The notes under the pieces: model-generated | Told to the model about the DNA's origin: nothing | Database searches by the model: none | What the model saw: the letters and a program-made list of their open reading frames with translations, nothing else | Origin: Eledone cirrhosa | Taxonomy: Eukaryota | DNA: 64,000 nt | Direction of reading: 5' to 3' | Assembly: GCA_964016885.1 (NCBI GenBank) | Contig: OZ024740.1 | Location: forward strand, 62,496,001 to 62,560,000 | Translations under genes and position numbers: made by a program | Shown: one piece after another, positions 13,805 to 24,429 of the stretch | Numbering within the stretch: position 1 is the stretch's first letter | Layout of the letters: every line of letters starts with the position of its first letter

Positions 13805-13841
<37 letters not shown>

Positions 13842-13900
13842 TAAAATAACAGATTAAAGATTAAGCAAAGAATCGGTGCTTTATTATTATTATTACTATA

Positions 13901-14000
13901 GCCGAGGTTGACTTTGCATTTCATCCTTACGGGGTCGATAAAATAAAGTACCAGTAATGCACTGGGTAATTGCTGGCCTTGTGCCTAAAGTAGAAACAAT
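13901..14000 (+). mobile_element. SINE (Meta-domain-like) 3' half
   Basis: Family consensus; its 3' end variant (GTGCCTA) also occurs at 11343-11390. Confidence 0.8.
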
Positions 14001-14034
14001 TATTACTATATATATATATATATATATATATACA

Positions 14035-14089
14035 TGAGATTCTACAGGACTAGAACTGTTTCATTCTTTAGAAATCATCAGGAATCTCA
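14035..14089 (-). ncRNA. Type I hammerhead ribozyme (inverted copy)
   Basis: Reverse complement of 14090-14143 with intact CTGATGA/GAAA core and GTA cleavage triplet. Confidence 0.7.
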
Positions 14090-14143
14090 GGGATTCCTGA
14101 TGATTTCTAAAGAATGAAACAGTTCTAGTCCTGTAGAATCTCA
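14090..14143 (+). ncRNA. Type I hammerhead ribozyme
   Basis: GGGATTC-CTGATGA-tTTCtaaaGAAt-GAAA-CAGttctagtcCTG-TA-GAATCTC: stem I 7 bp, short stem II, stem III ACAG/CTGT. Confidence 0.7.
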
Positions 14144-14224
14144 TCTATATTAAAACTTTTATACTCTGCAATGTATTGTGTACCTTACTTACTGTGGTTA
14201 CCTCCAACTCAACCCGGAATAACG

Positions 14225-14255
<31 letters not shown>

Positions 14256-14302
14256 ACATAGGGACCCCTGATATTGAGTGACGGAGTATTCATTAATCAT
14301 AT

Positions 14303-15061
14303 AATTGTTTCTACTCTTGGCACAAGGCCAGCAATTACCCAGTGCATTACTGGTACTTTATTTTATCGACCCCGTAAGGATGAAAGGCAAAGTTAACCTC
14401 GGCGGGATTTGAACTCAGAATGGCAAGGGCCGTAACTCTATGCATCAAAGTATGGCGTCCAACCCTCTACCGATACTGCCAATTCACCGCCCTTAATCAT
14501 ATAATTGTTTCTACTTTTGGCACAAGGCCATCAATTATCCCAGTGCATTACTGGTACTTTATTTTATCGACCTCGTAAGGATGAAAGGCAAAGTCAACCT
14601 CGGCGGGATTTGAACTCAGATCGTAAAGGGACGTAACTATGCTGGAAAGCATGGTGTCTGACCCTCCACCGATACTGCCAATCCATATAATGGTAGTTAA
14701 TTACCATTATTTGATATATATATATATATAATAAGTTGACGGAACTAGTATAGGTATCACTGCTAGGACCGGTTGCACCTCAGTAATGTATTCACAAACA
14801 TCACTGCTCAGCAGTTTGCTGAAAACATGATGAGACAGTATTCTGTTCGTAAAGCAACGGGTCATGTACTATTAGTAATACTTGTTTCTACTTTTGGCAT
14901 TAGGCCAGCAATTACTCCAGTGCATTACTGGTACTTTATTTTATCGACCCCGTAAGGATGAAAGGCAAAGTTAACCTCGGCGGGATTTGAACTCAGACCA
15001 TAAAGGGCCGTAACTCTATGCTGCAAAGCATGGTGTCCGGCTCTACCGATAGTGCCAATCC
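14303..15061 (-). mobile_element. Three SINE copies (Meta-domain-like): 14303-14491, 14502-14685, 14882-15061
   Basis: Full-length family consensus on the minus strand. Confidence 0.85.
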
Positions 15062-16101
15062 ATAGACAAAGTGGAAAGAACTATTGCTGAAATAACTCTT
15101 GAAAGTAAATTAATTCTTGTTAGGATTTCTATTTTTGAAGTTTGTGGTCATATTAGTCGAATAGAGCACGTTCATACTTGTCAACAAATTTAAATATGGA
15201 TTTAAAATTTTAAGAGAATGATGTGGAGAAGAAAAGAGAGAAAAACGCTTCCCACCATCTTAACTTGAACATTTTCACATCACTTAGAAAATGAAATATC
15301 TTTGTGGATTGTGGAATTTTCACCATGGATAGTCAAACTAATGAAAAGTATGTGTCTTTATATATGCATATATATATATATATGAACTAGATACATCTCA
15401 CTGTCCACACCACCACAATAACGTCTACACTCTCTCCCCACCATCACATGTCATTACCATACCATACCCTATCGAGACTAAAGTCATCGACCTGTTGTCA
15501 AACTCTCTACTCTCTGATGAATGTATATATATATATGTGTGTGTATGTATATGTGTGTATATACATCACTCAGTCAAACAACCAGATTTCAACCCCAACA
15601 TCTACAACAACAACAACACCGGCCCTAATGTTTACAGCAACAACAGCTTCAGAATGAACTGAAATGAACATTTACAACAATTACAACAACAACAACAACA
15701 GCGGCATCAAAACATAAAAAAAGGAAGGGGAAAGAAAAAAGAAAAGGGAAGGGGAAAAAAAAAAAAAAAAAAAAAAGGAGAAAAAAAAGAAAGGAAAAAA
15801 AAAAAAAAAAACTCAAAATAACAAAACACACACACACACACACACACACAACAGAACAACAACATCAACTGCCACCACCACCACCGCCACCGCCGTCGCC
15901 ATCACCATCACCAGCGACCTGGCCTTAAGAACAACTTTAATAATAATTTTTCTGCTTTTGGCACGGATCCAGCGACTGGCCAGCGCATCACTGGTACTCT
16001 CTTTTGTTGACTCCGTGGAGAGCCATAACTCTATGCTGTAAAGCAATTATAGTAATACTGGACTGTAATACGATCGGCTTCAACTATACAAACTCTTGAA
16101 A

Positions 16102-16288
16102 GTCAACAGTTGACATAATCTGGTAATCTTGTATCAGTAATGACGGTAATATATATATATATATGTGTGTGTGTGCGTGTAAGTGAGTAGAGTAGCGTGT
16201 GTGTGTGTTTGTTGTGTGTGTGAGTGTTGCTGTGTGCACGCATATGTATGCGTGTGTGTGTATGTCGTACGTATAAGTGTCAATAAGT

Positions 16289-16322
<34 letters not shown>

Positions 16323-16663
16323 GCGGGGACATAGAAATAATCGGGCTGGATGCCCGATCGCGCAGTTAAACCACTGGGAGTGAAGAACCCCTAGCCCATG
16401 TCAGGGTATTCTTCTAGGAGAAGGCATCTCAGGAAACTGGGTTAACTCCGATATAAAACCTGCGGCTCAGTAGTTACCGATGATGTTGATCTTTTCTTCT
16501 TTTCGGGTTATAGCTACTGTCGCTCAGAGAGTGGGATTGGTTCAGTGCACAGTCTTTCCTCACTTTAAAAATATTCGTCACGCACAGGCATTGCACGAGT
16601 GCATTAATAATTATTAATAGTGTAGTATTATTATTATTATTATTATTGTTATTACTATTATTA

Positions 16664-16703
<40 letters not shown>

Positions 16704-19700
16704 CCCCAATTCAATGATGTTCCAGAACAATGTAAACGAGATAATTGCCAATTTGGGTTCTGGAACAAAAAAGATCATTGGCAATAAGGGCAGGGGCCCC
16801 AAGTTATCACAACCTGGGCCCGCCCGTCATCGTGCCATTGTAATAGAGCCAAACAGGGCATTTAGTCTTGGCTGCTGGAACGTACGGACGCTGCTTGACA
16901 GGGATTCTTTGGAGCGTCCTGAACGAAGGACCGCTCTTGTTGCGAAGGAGCTTCGACGTTACGATCTTGACATCGTGGCTTTGTCTGAGACGAGGTTAGC
17001 TGGAGATGGTCATCTTACGGAATTTTGTGGAGAATATACATTCTTCTGGAAAGGAAGAGATGAAGGAACCAGAAGAGAGGCTGGGGTGGGATTTGCTGTT
17101 AAGACTGTACTGGTGAATAAATTGGAAGAATTCCCAGTGGGGATTAGTGAGCGTCTTATGTCCATGAGAGTTCCGCTGGACAAGGGAAGATATGCTACCC
17201 TGGTGAGTGTGTATGCTCCAACTATGAATTCTGTCGATGAAGAAAAACTGTCCTTTTACCATGCCTTGAAAGGTGTTTTAAGAAATATCCCTCAGGCAGA
17301 CAAAGTCATCGTGCTTGGTGACTTTAATGCTAGAGTGGGTAGGGATTTTAACACATGGAATGTAATCGGAAGGCATGGGGTGGGAAAGTGTAACAGCAAT
17401 GGTATGCTCTTGCTGCAGATGTGTGAGGAGCTGGATCTGTGTGTTACCAACACCATGTTCCAACAAAAGAACAAATTCAAGACCACATGGATGCATCCTG
17501 CATCTAAGGAATGGCATCTTTTGGACTACGTCCTAGTCAGGATGCGTGACAGACAGGATGTGCGGTGTGTTCGTGTTCTTCGTGGAGCTGAGTGCTGGAC
17601 GGACCACCGCCTGGTACGCGCAAAAGTGAATCTAATCACCAAACGTAAAATCCGGGCTCCTGGTGTTACCCTGCCCAAAAGATTGAATGCTGCTCGTCTT
17701 AAGGATAAAAATGTGAAGAGGACATTGGAAGAAGAGATGCAGGCTGCAGATCTTGGTGAGGATTGGCCGACCCTTAAAAAGTCGGTTTATGATGTAGGCA
17801 GACGTGTTCTGGGATTGGTGCAGAGAAAACATCAGGACTGGTTTAATGAGAAAGATGTGCATATAGATGACTTGTTGGCTGATAAGAGGCGCGCTCTGTC
17901 ACGCTACTTGACGGCAAGACCACAGGAGAGGAATACGTTGCATGAGGAGCTCAGGGATGTAAAATCACGTGTTAGGCGGAGTCTTTCTCAGATGAAGGAT
18001 CAGTGGTGGAGTGAGAAGGCTGGTGAGATACAAACTGCGTCTGATTGCAATAACACAAAGCTGTTGTACAGTCTCTTGCGTGAGGTTTATGGACCGTCTT
18101 CTTCTCTGGTGACACCGATTCGCAGCAGGGATGGCAAAGAACTTCTTCGTGACTCACAGGGAATTCTACGAAGGTGGCGGGAGCACTTTGATGATCTTTT
18201 GAATCAGCCGTCTGTCGTCAGTGAAGATTTCCTCAATCTCATTCCGGAAAGTCCTGTGAAAGTAGCTCTCGCAGAGCCTCCGACACTTGTGGAGGTTGCA
18301 GTGGCTATTTCGAAGCTGAACAGTGGAAGATCTCCAGGTATGGATGGCATACATGCTGAGCTCCTACAATATGGTGGTGAGAGACTCCTGCAACATCTTC
18401 ACTCTCTGTTTGGAGGGATATGGGCTAATGAATCCGTGCCTGAGGACTGGAGAGATGCAGTAATGGTGGTCTTGTACAAGGGAAAGGGTAACAGGAATGA
18501 TTGTGGGAACTACAGAGGTATATCATTGCTTTCTGTCGTGGGGAAAGTTTTATGTAGGGTGCTTCTGGACCGTCTGCTGACACACATTGCAGATTGTGTC
18601 CTTCCTGAAAGTCAATCTGGTTTTCGTGTTGGACGCGGCACTACTGATATGATCTTCTCAGCTAGACAGCTCCAGGAGAAGTGCATTGAACAGGGCTTGG
18701 ATCTGTATCAGGTTTTTGTCGATCTGACAAAGGCTTTCGATACTGTCAACAGAGATGCATTATGGAAGGTTCTCCAGAAACTTGGTTGCCCTGATAAGTT
18801 CCTTGCTTTAGTTAGGTCTTTCCATGACGACATGAAGGCTTGGGTTAATGTCGGAGGTAACATGTCGGAGCCTATCTCAGTAAAAAATGGAGTGAAACAG
18901 GGGGATATTCCAGCACCGACCCTGTTTGCCATATACTTTGCAATGGTTTTCTGTATTGCATTCAGGAATTGCGAGCATGGTGTTTACATCCGATATCGAA
19001 CCTCAGGCAGCATATTTAACATCAGGCGCTTTGCTGCGAAGACAAAAGTATTTACATCAGTCATAAGAGACCTCTTGTATGCAGATGATTGCGATCTTGT
19101 AGCGCACACAGAGAGTGATATGCAGCACATTTTGAATGTATTTTCTGACGCTTGCACTGCCCTGGGTTTGACTGTCAGTCTCAAGAAAACCGTCGTCATG
19201 TACCAACCTGCACCTGGTAGGCAGTACACTGAACCAAACATCTATGTGTATGGCAGACGACTTGGAGTGGTTGATCAGTTTGTCTACCTGGGAAGCACTG
19301 TCAATCGATACGGCAACCTTGACAGTGAAATCTCACTTAGGATTAGGAAAGCAAGTGATGCTTTCGGAAAGCTAGAAAGGCGACTCTGGGGTCGGCGAGA
19401 CATATGCAGGAGGACAAAGGTAAAGGTGTACAGGGCATGTGTACTCTCTTGTCTTCTTTATGCCTGCGAGACCTGGGTCACATATCGACGCCACCTTAAG
19501 CAATTGGAGCGTTTCCATCAGATGTGTCTCAGACGGATACATGGCGTTCGCTGGAGGGACCACATCAGTGATGTCGAGATTTTGGAAAGCTCTATGTGTG
19601 ACAGTATAGAAGCTCTTGTGCTTAAGCAGCGACTCCGTTGGAGTGGTCACCTTGCCAGGATGAAGGATTCTAGAATACCAAAACAACTCTTCTATGGAGA

Positions 19701-20267
19701 GTTGGTTAAAGGAAAACGACCGCCACATAAACCAAAAAAGAGGTATAAGGATTCCTTGAAGGCCTCTCTGAAAGACGCTAACATCTCTGCTGATACATGG
19801 GAAAATATTGCTGCTGATCGTAATAAATGGAGAAAGACTGTATATGAGGGAAAAGTTGCCTTTGAGGCATCTCGAATCGCACACGAGAAAGTAAAGCGGG
19901 ACGTGAGGAAGGGTATTGCTGTTGCACTTCCAGACGGCGAGGGTCCTCCTATGTTTCTGACATGCAGCGTCTGTGCGAGACTCTGCCTAAGCAAAGCTGG
20001 ACTCGAAAGTCATCTTCGCAGTCATAAAGTAAGACCAGTGGTTGACTACCAGGCTGCTGTTGGAGATGCTACTCATCATGCTTGCCAAACATGTGGTAGA
20101 GAATGTAAATCAGCAGGAGGACTCAAGCGACATGCAAAAGTACACGAACTCCAACCACAGCCGACTATTCCCAGTAAATGTTTTGGTTGCCGACTCTGTG
20201 CAAGACATTTTGGATCATTGGCTGGGCTAAAAAGCCACATTCGATCGCAGCACTGTTAGTTGCTATC

Positions 20268-20305
<38 letters not shown>

Positions 20306-20384
20306 GCTTATGTGCGTGCGTGTGTGTGTATATATATATGAATATGTATATTATTATTGTTGTTGTCGTTATTATTATTATTGC

Positions 20385-20472
<88 letters not shown>

Positions 20473-20512
20473 TGTGCAATGGCCATACTCGATAACGAGG
20501 GGGCAGCCATCA
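16102..20512 (+). mobile_element. Full-length RTE-clade LINE
   Basis: RTE-type 5' UTR (CTAGGAGAAGG...ACTCCGATATAAAACC), intact single ORF, 3' stem-loop TGGCCATACTCGATAACGAGGGGGCAGCCA followed by (TA)n; 5' boundary inferred from similarity to the 59188 unit. Confidence 0.9.
16714..20259 (+). CDS. RTE LINE ORF: APE endonuclease + reverse transcriptase + three C-terminal C2H2 zinc fingers (1181 aa)
   Basis: EN motifs WNVRTL, ALSETR, VYAPT, GDFNARVG, LDYV, TDH; RT motifs NYRGISLL, QSGFR, VDLTKAFD, GVKQG, YADD, YLGS; fingers CSVC..H..H, CQTC..H..H, CRLC..H..H. Confidence 0.97.
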   Translation: MMFQNNVNEIIANLGSGTKKIIGNKGRGPKLSQPGPARHRAIVIEPNRAFSLGCWNVRTLLDRDSLERPERRTALVAKELRRYDLDIVALSETRLAGDGHLTEFCGEYTFFWKGRDEGTRREAGVGFAVKTVLVNKLEEFPVGISERLMSMRVPLDKGRYATLVSVYAPTMNSVDEEKLSFYHALKGVLRNIPQADKVIVLGDFNARVGRDFNTWNVIGRHGVGKCNSNGMLLLQMCEELDLCVTNTMFQQKNKFKTTWMHPASKEWHLLDYVLVRMRDRQDVRCVRVLRGAECWTDHRLVRAKVNLITKRKIRAPGVTLPKRLNAARLKDKNVKRTLEEEMQAADLGEDWPTLKKSVYDVGRRVLGLVQRKHQDWFNEKDVHIDDLLADKRRALSRYLTARPQERNTLHEELRDVKSRVRRSLSQMKDQWWSEKAGEIQTASDCNNTKLLYSLLREVYGPSSSLVTPIRSRDGKELLRDSQGILRRWREHFDDLLNQPSVVSEDFLNLIPESPVKVALAEPPTLVEVAVAISKLNSGRSPGMDGIHAELLQYGGERLLQHLHSLFGGIWANESVPEDWRDAVMVVLYKGKGNRNDCGNYRGISLLSVVGKVLCRVLLDRLLTHIADCVLPESQSGFRVGRGTTDMIFSARQLQEKCIEQGLDLYQVFVDLTKAFDTVNRDALWKVLQKLGCPDKFLALVRSFHDDMKAWVNVGGNMSEPISVKNGVKQGDIPAPTLFAIYFAMVFCIAFRNCEHGVYIRYRTSGSIFNIRRFAAKTKVFTSVIRDLLYADDCDLVAHTESDMQHILNVFSDACTALGLTVSLKKTVVMYQPAPGRQYTEPNIYVYGRRLGVVDQFVYLGSTVNRYGNLDSEISLRIRKASDAFGKLERRLWGRRDICRRTKVKVYRACVLSCLLYACETWVTYRRHLKQLERFHQMCLRRIHGVRWRDHISDVEILESSMCDSIEALVLKQRLRWSGHLARMKDSRIPKQLFYGELVKGKRPPHKPKKRYKDSLKASLKDANISADTWENIAADRNKWRKTVYEGKVAFEASRIAHEKVKRDVRKGIAVALPDGEGPPMFLTCSVCARLCLSKAGLESHLRSHKVRPVVDYQAAVGDATHHACQTCGRECKSAGGLKRHAKVHELQPQPTIPSKCFGCRLCARHFGSLAGLKSHIRSQHC

Positions 20513-20574
20513 TATATATATATATATATATACGATATATTAACAAATGGAAACTATATTTCTAAAACCATATT

Positions 20575-20639
20575 TATTTCATTATACATATTTCAAGGAG
20601 ACCAAGTTAAATTATGGTGCGCTTTCATCAGATAAAATA
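20575..20639 (-). ncRNA. Type I hammerhead ribozyme (left arm of palindrome)
   Basis: Reverse complement of 20794-20858. Confidence 0.6.
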
Positions 20640-20793
20640 TAATATAGACCAGTTTTATAAATAAATATTGACATACCCTTAAAGAATGCGACCATTTCTG
20701 CTGGAAGCTCCCGGACTATCGGGAGCTTCCAGCAGAAATGGTTGCATTCTTTAAGGGTATGTCAATATTTATTTATAAAACTGGTCTATATTA

Positions 20794-20858
20794 TATTTTA
20801 TCTGATGAAAGCGCACCATAATTTAACTTGGTCTCCTTGAAATATGTATAATGAAATA
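20794..20858 (+). ncRNA. Type I hammerhead ribozyme, Penelope-type
   Basis: TATTTTAT-CTGATGA-AAGcgcACCA...TGGTctcCTT-GAAA-TATGTA-TA-ATGAAATA; stem I 8 bp, near-palindromic minimal stem III. Confidence 0.6.
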
Positions 20859-20910
20859 AATATGGTTTTAGAAATATAGTTTCCATTTGTTAATATATCG
20901 TATATATATA

Positions 20911-21083
<173 letters not shown>

Positions 21084-21114
21084 AACATATACCTATATAT
21101 ATAGATAGATATAT

Positions 21115-21176
<62 letters not shown>

Positions 21177-21181
21177 CATCA

Positions 21182-21254
21182 GCCGAAATAGCTCAGTTGG
21201 GAGAGCGATAGACTGAAGATCTAAAGATCCATGGTTCAATCCCGGGTCTCGGCA
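21182..21254 (+). pseudogene. tRNA-Phe(GAA), probable pseudogene
   Basis: 73-nt match to the conserved metazoan tRNA-Phe with about 5 substitutions, three of which break the anticodon, T and acceptor stems; no downstream oligo-T terminator. Confidence 0.85.
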
Positions 21255-22103
21255 TCCGGTGGCTGGCAAATATATATATATACACACACACACCATAAAC
21301 CCCCCCAATTTTGAAGGAATTTTTAAGTTTTTGAAAAATCTTTTTGAATTTTGAAGAAAAATTATTTTTTAATTTCCCACCACAAAGGGATCTGTGACAG
21401 ACATACTGACCTCCCCCCACATGTGTGTATTCCTAAAGGGACTGTAACAGACAGGCTGAAAAATCACACACACCTGTGTATTATTATATATACACCCTCA
21501 CACTATATATATATACACACACACTCCCTAAAACCATATTCCAATAATAGAATTTCTCTTACACTCCTGCTGCTGCCATAGAACTTACCCCTAGCTTACA
21601 ATACGCCATCCCCTTTTGAACTCTTGACCAGTCAATTAACACAATCAGATATACACACACATATTTACAGGATGATTCCAAAAAACAACTTTGTTCTGTA
21701 AAGAAACACAGCTGCTGCTATCTTCACTACCATCTTTCTATTAACAAGAACTCATTCTGCAGCCAAATTTTGAGCAAGGAAGATGGAAAAAAACTTACTC
21801 CAACATTTGATTTTAATTTAAAATCTTTAATTTTTAGTTTTTACCTCCTATTAATATTTTAACATATTTTATTTCAATACTCAACATTTGATAAGATGAA
21901 TTTTAATAATACATCTAAACCGGTAATACTTTATATACTTTATATACATCATAACACTTTTTTTAAAAAAGAATTTCGCCTCTCATTTTTCAATAATGTT
22001 ATCTTCTCAATAATGTCACTTTGAAGAATCAAAGAAAGGATAAAAAAAGAAAAACAGACCCTTAAATATATTTTCCGTGCTATTACCAACTTCACCTTTT
22101 CTC

Positions 22104-22164
<61 letters not shown>

Positions 22165-23327
22165 TTGTTAACGAAGTTAGCGAAACAAAAGATCCGAATA
22201 GCCTTGGCCGCTCCACTACTCATTTAATGAGATACACGATTTGAACGCAAAAACATTCAATACCTATAGCTCAGAGCGTATACTAATACGTTAATCAGTA
22301 ATGGAAGAAACGACACATGGGTAATGATAATTGATTATAAGTTCCAGGATTCACGTTAGCTTTTGAAAAACAGAGTGATCAGATGGTTACAGCTGCACCT
22401 ATCTTCACAGTGGTTATGTATTTTATTGAGGCACGTCAGAAAATATTCCATAATGCTTCATCAGCTGATAAATGTCCTTCCCTACAATAGATACCTAAGG
22501 TATAGCTTGGCAAGTCAAGTTGTCAACTTTTCCAAATATTTCCTTTTTACAAAATATAATCAATGTATCAGACGGGGAAAATAAGGGAGTTATATACAAG
22601 AAGGGAAATAAATAATTTTCTATATAGATAATAAACACAACCACAAGGATATGGTCCGAACGTGGAAGATCCGAACTCCCACTGTCATCACCTCCATCTC
22701 TCTTGCCCTCCCCATCTCTCTATGGTGAACAAATGGGGTCCCACGTGCTAACCTCCCCACAGCCCCCGCGTACAGAATGGAGAAGGCGTTTCCCTGGAGA
22801 ATGGTAAGGGAGATGCGTTGGAAGAGTCATTCCATCTCGCGAGGCTCACACCTACAGCTGGTCAGCTCAGCGCCTATCGTGGTGAGCTTATAAGTGTAGT
22901 GGTTTCAAAATAGTTGCAAGACGTGACGCCAGAGGAAGAAGGAAATCGTATTGCTAACCGTTGCATGGAAACGTTGTGGCGGGAAATTCAAATATTGAAT
23001 TCTTAGCCATAAGCTTTCAGCCAGTGAAATAAAAACTGACTTACGGAGATCAATCTAGATAAGAAAACAAAAACAAAAACAAAACATTCTACTTACATTC
23101 TTGTCCGCCGAACCTGTTGACTGGGAGATGATACCCCCCCCCCCCCCCACACACACATATATATATAACAAATAGTTTTATGGCTGAATAATACAAGAAA
23201 TGTAAATCTGAGTTTTTCGAATATTAATAATAATATTTGACTCGTTTGCAATTATGTAAACAAACTCTTAAGCCATGTGAGTAGAACAACCTTGTCATTC
23301 TTGCTCTTATGTTCGCATTTAAACAGA

Positions 23328-23374
23328 ACGGCAGACACTAATCTTTCTGGGTGATTACCCTTCATCAGTATCGT
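23328..23374 (-). ncRNA. Decayed hammerhead ribozyme
   Basis: ACGATA-CTGATGA-aGGGTaatcACCCa-GAAA-GATTAGTG-TC-TGCCGT; core intact, stems I and III mismatched. Confidence 0.45.
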
Positions 23375-24294
23375 ATACTGTTTACCTGCTAATTGTCAGA
23401 GCTAGTGAAAATATTTGATATTTTCTCGAATATATAGTGACTGATCGGCCTGATTTACATACCCACTGATCAGTGTGTCGACTAATATGCAGATTTGACT
23501 GATTGGGCAATCTGTTAGTATGCAAATCAGGCCGATCAGTCTCTGTATTTGATGTTTTCCCATTATACCAATGTGATTATGAAATCACAGAACAAGGTAG
23601 ATTAATAAAGAGAAAATGTTTTTAGAAAATACAAACCCAATCTATGCTCACTTACAGCATAATTATTTTTCAAACACTAAAAGTAAGTAGAGTTACACCC
23701 CTTGTCACAATTCAAATCTTTTTTTTTTTATCTATACAAGCATCAGGAAACGAAAAGAACAAGTTGTATACCTTACTTTAATAAGTTCAGAAGCGACCAA
23801 AACCTTGCAATCATAAAACGGCATGCAAGAGTCTGAACGAAAGGACAATTAAACTTAAAAAAGAAATGTTTTTGAAAATCTGAAGACGAGAAAGCAAGCT
23901 ATGCTAAACATCAATTTTTTGTACATGATATAAAGATCCTCTTTTTAATAGATATACCAGCTGCACTTTTCGAACCCCCTTTTTTTCTTATCATCATTTC
24001 CCTTGTCTGTTGACAAGATAACATTCTTTCTACAGGCGGCCTTCAAGTCAAATGTTCTTGTTCTTTTTACTTTTCACTCTTCAGTTTTTCAACTTGCTAT
24101 TCTCATTTCCTCTACGATGAGTATAGGTTCTACGTAACCCTGTTTTTGTAATTGAGATCATCCTGTCTTGTCTCATAATTGGATGATTGAGCTGGGCCAT
24201 TGAAATATGTATAATGATTTCACGGTATTAAAATTTACAACATATCTTCCAGTACGACCTTCTGTTGTCGTTTGAAATACACACACACATACAC

Positions 24295-24429
<135 letters not shown>

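Larger units (their letters stand above)
20533..20900. repeat. Near-perfect palindrome (about 181-bp arms, 6-nt loop GACTAT at 20714-20719) between (TA)n tracts
   Basis: Arms are reverse complements with one visible mismatch; single-arm relative at 47461-47560. Confidence 0.95.

Noticed and set aside
24020-24140. Possible host exon after TTCTTTCTACAG
   Set aside because: No recognisable protein similarity or partner exons; cannot be supported without transcripts
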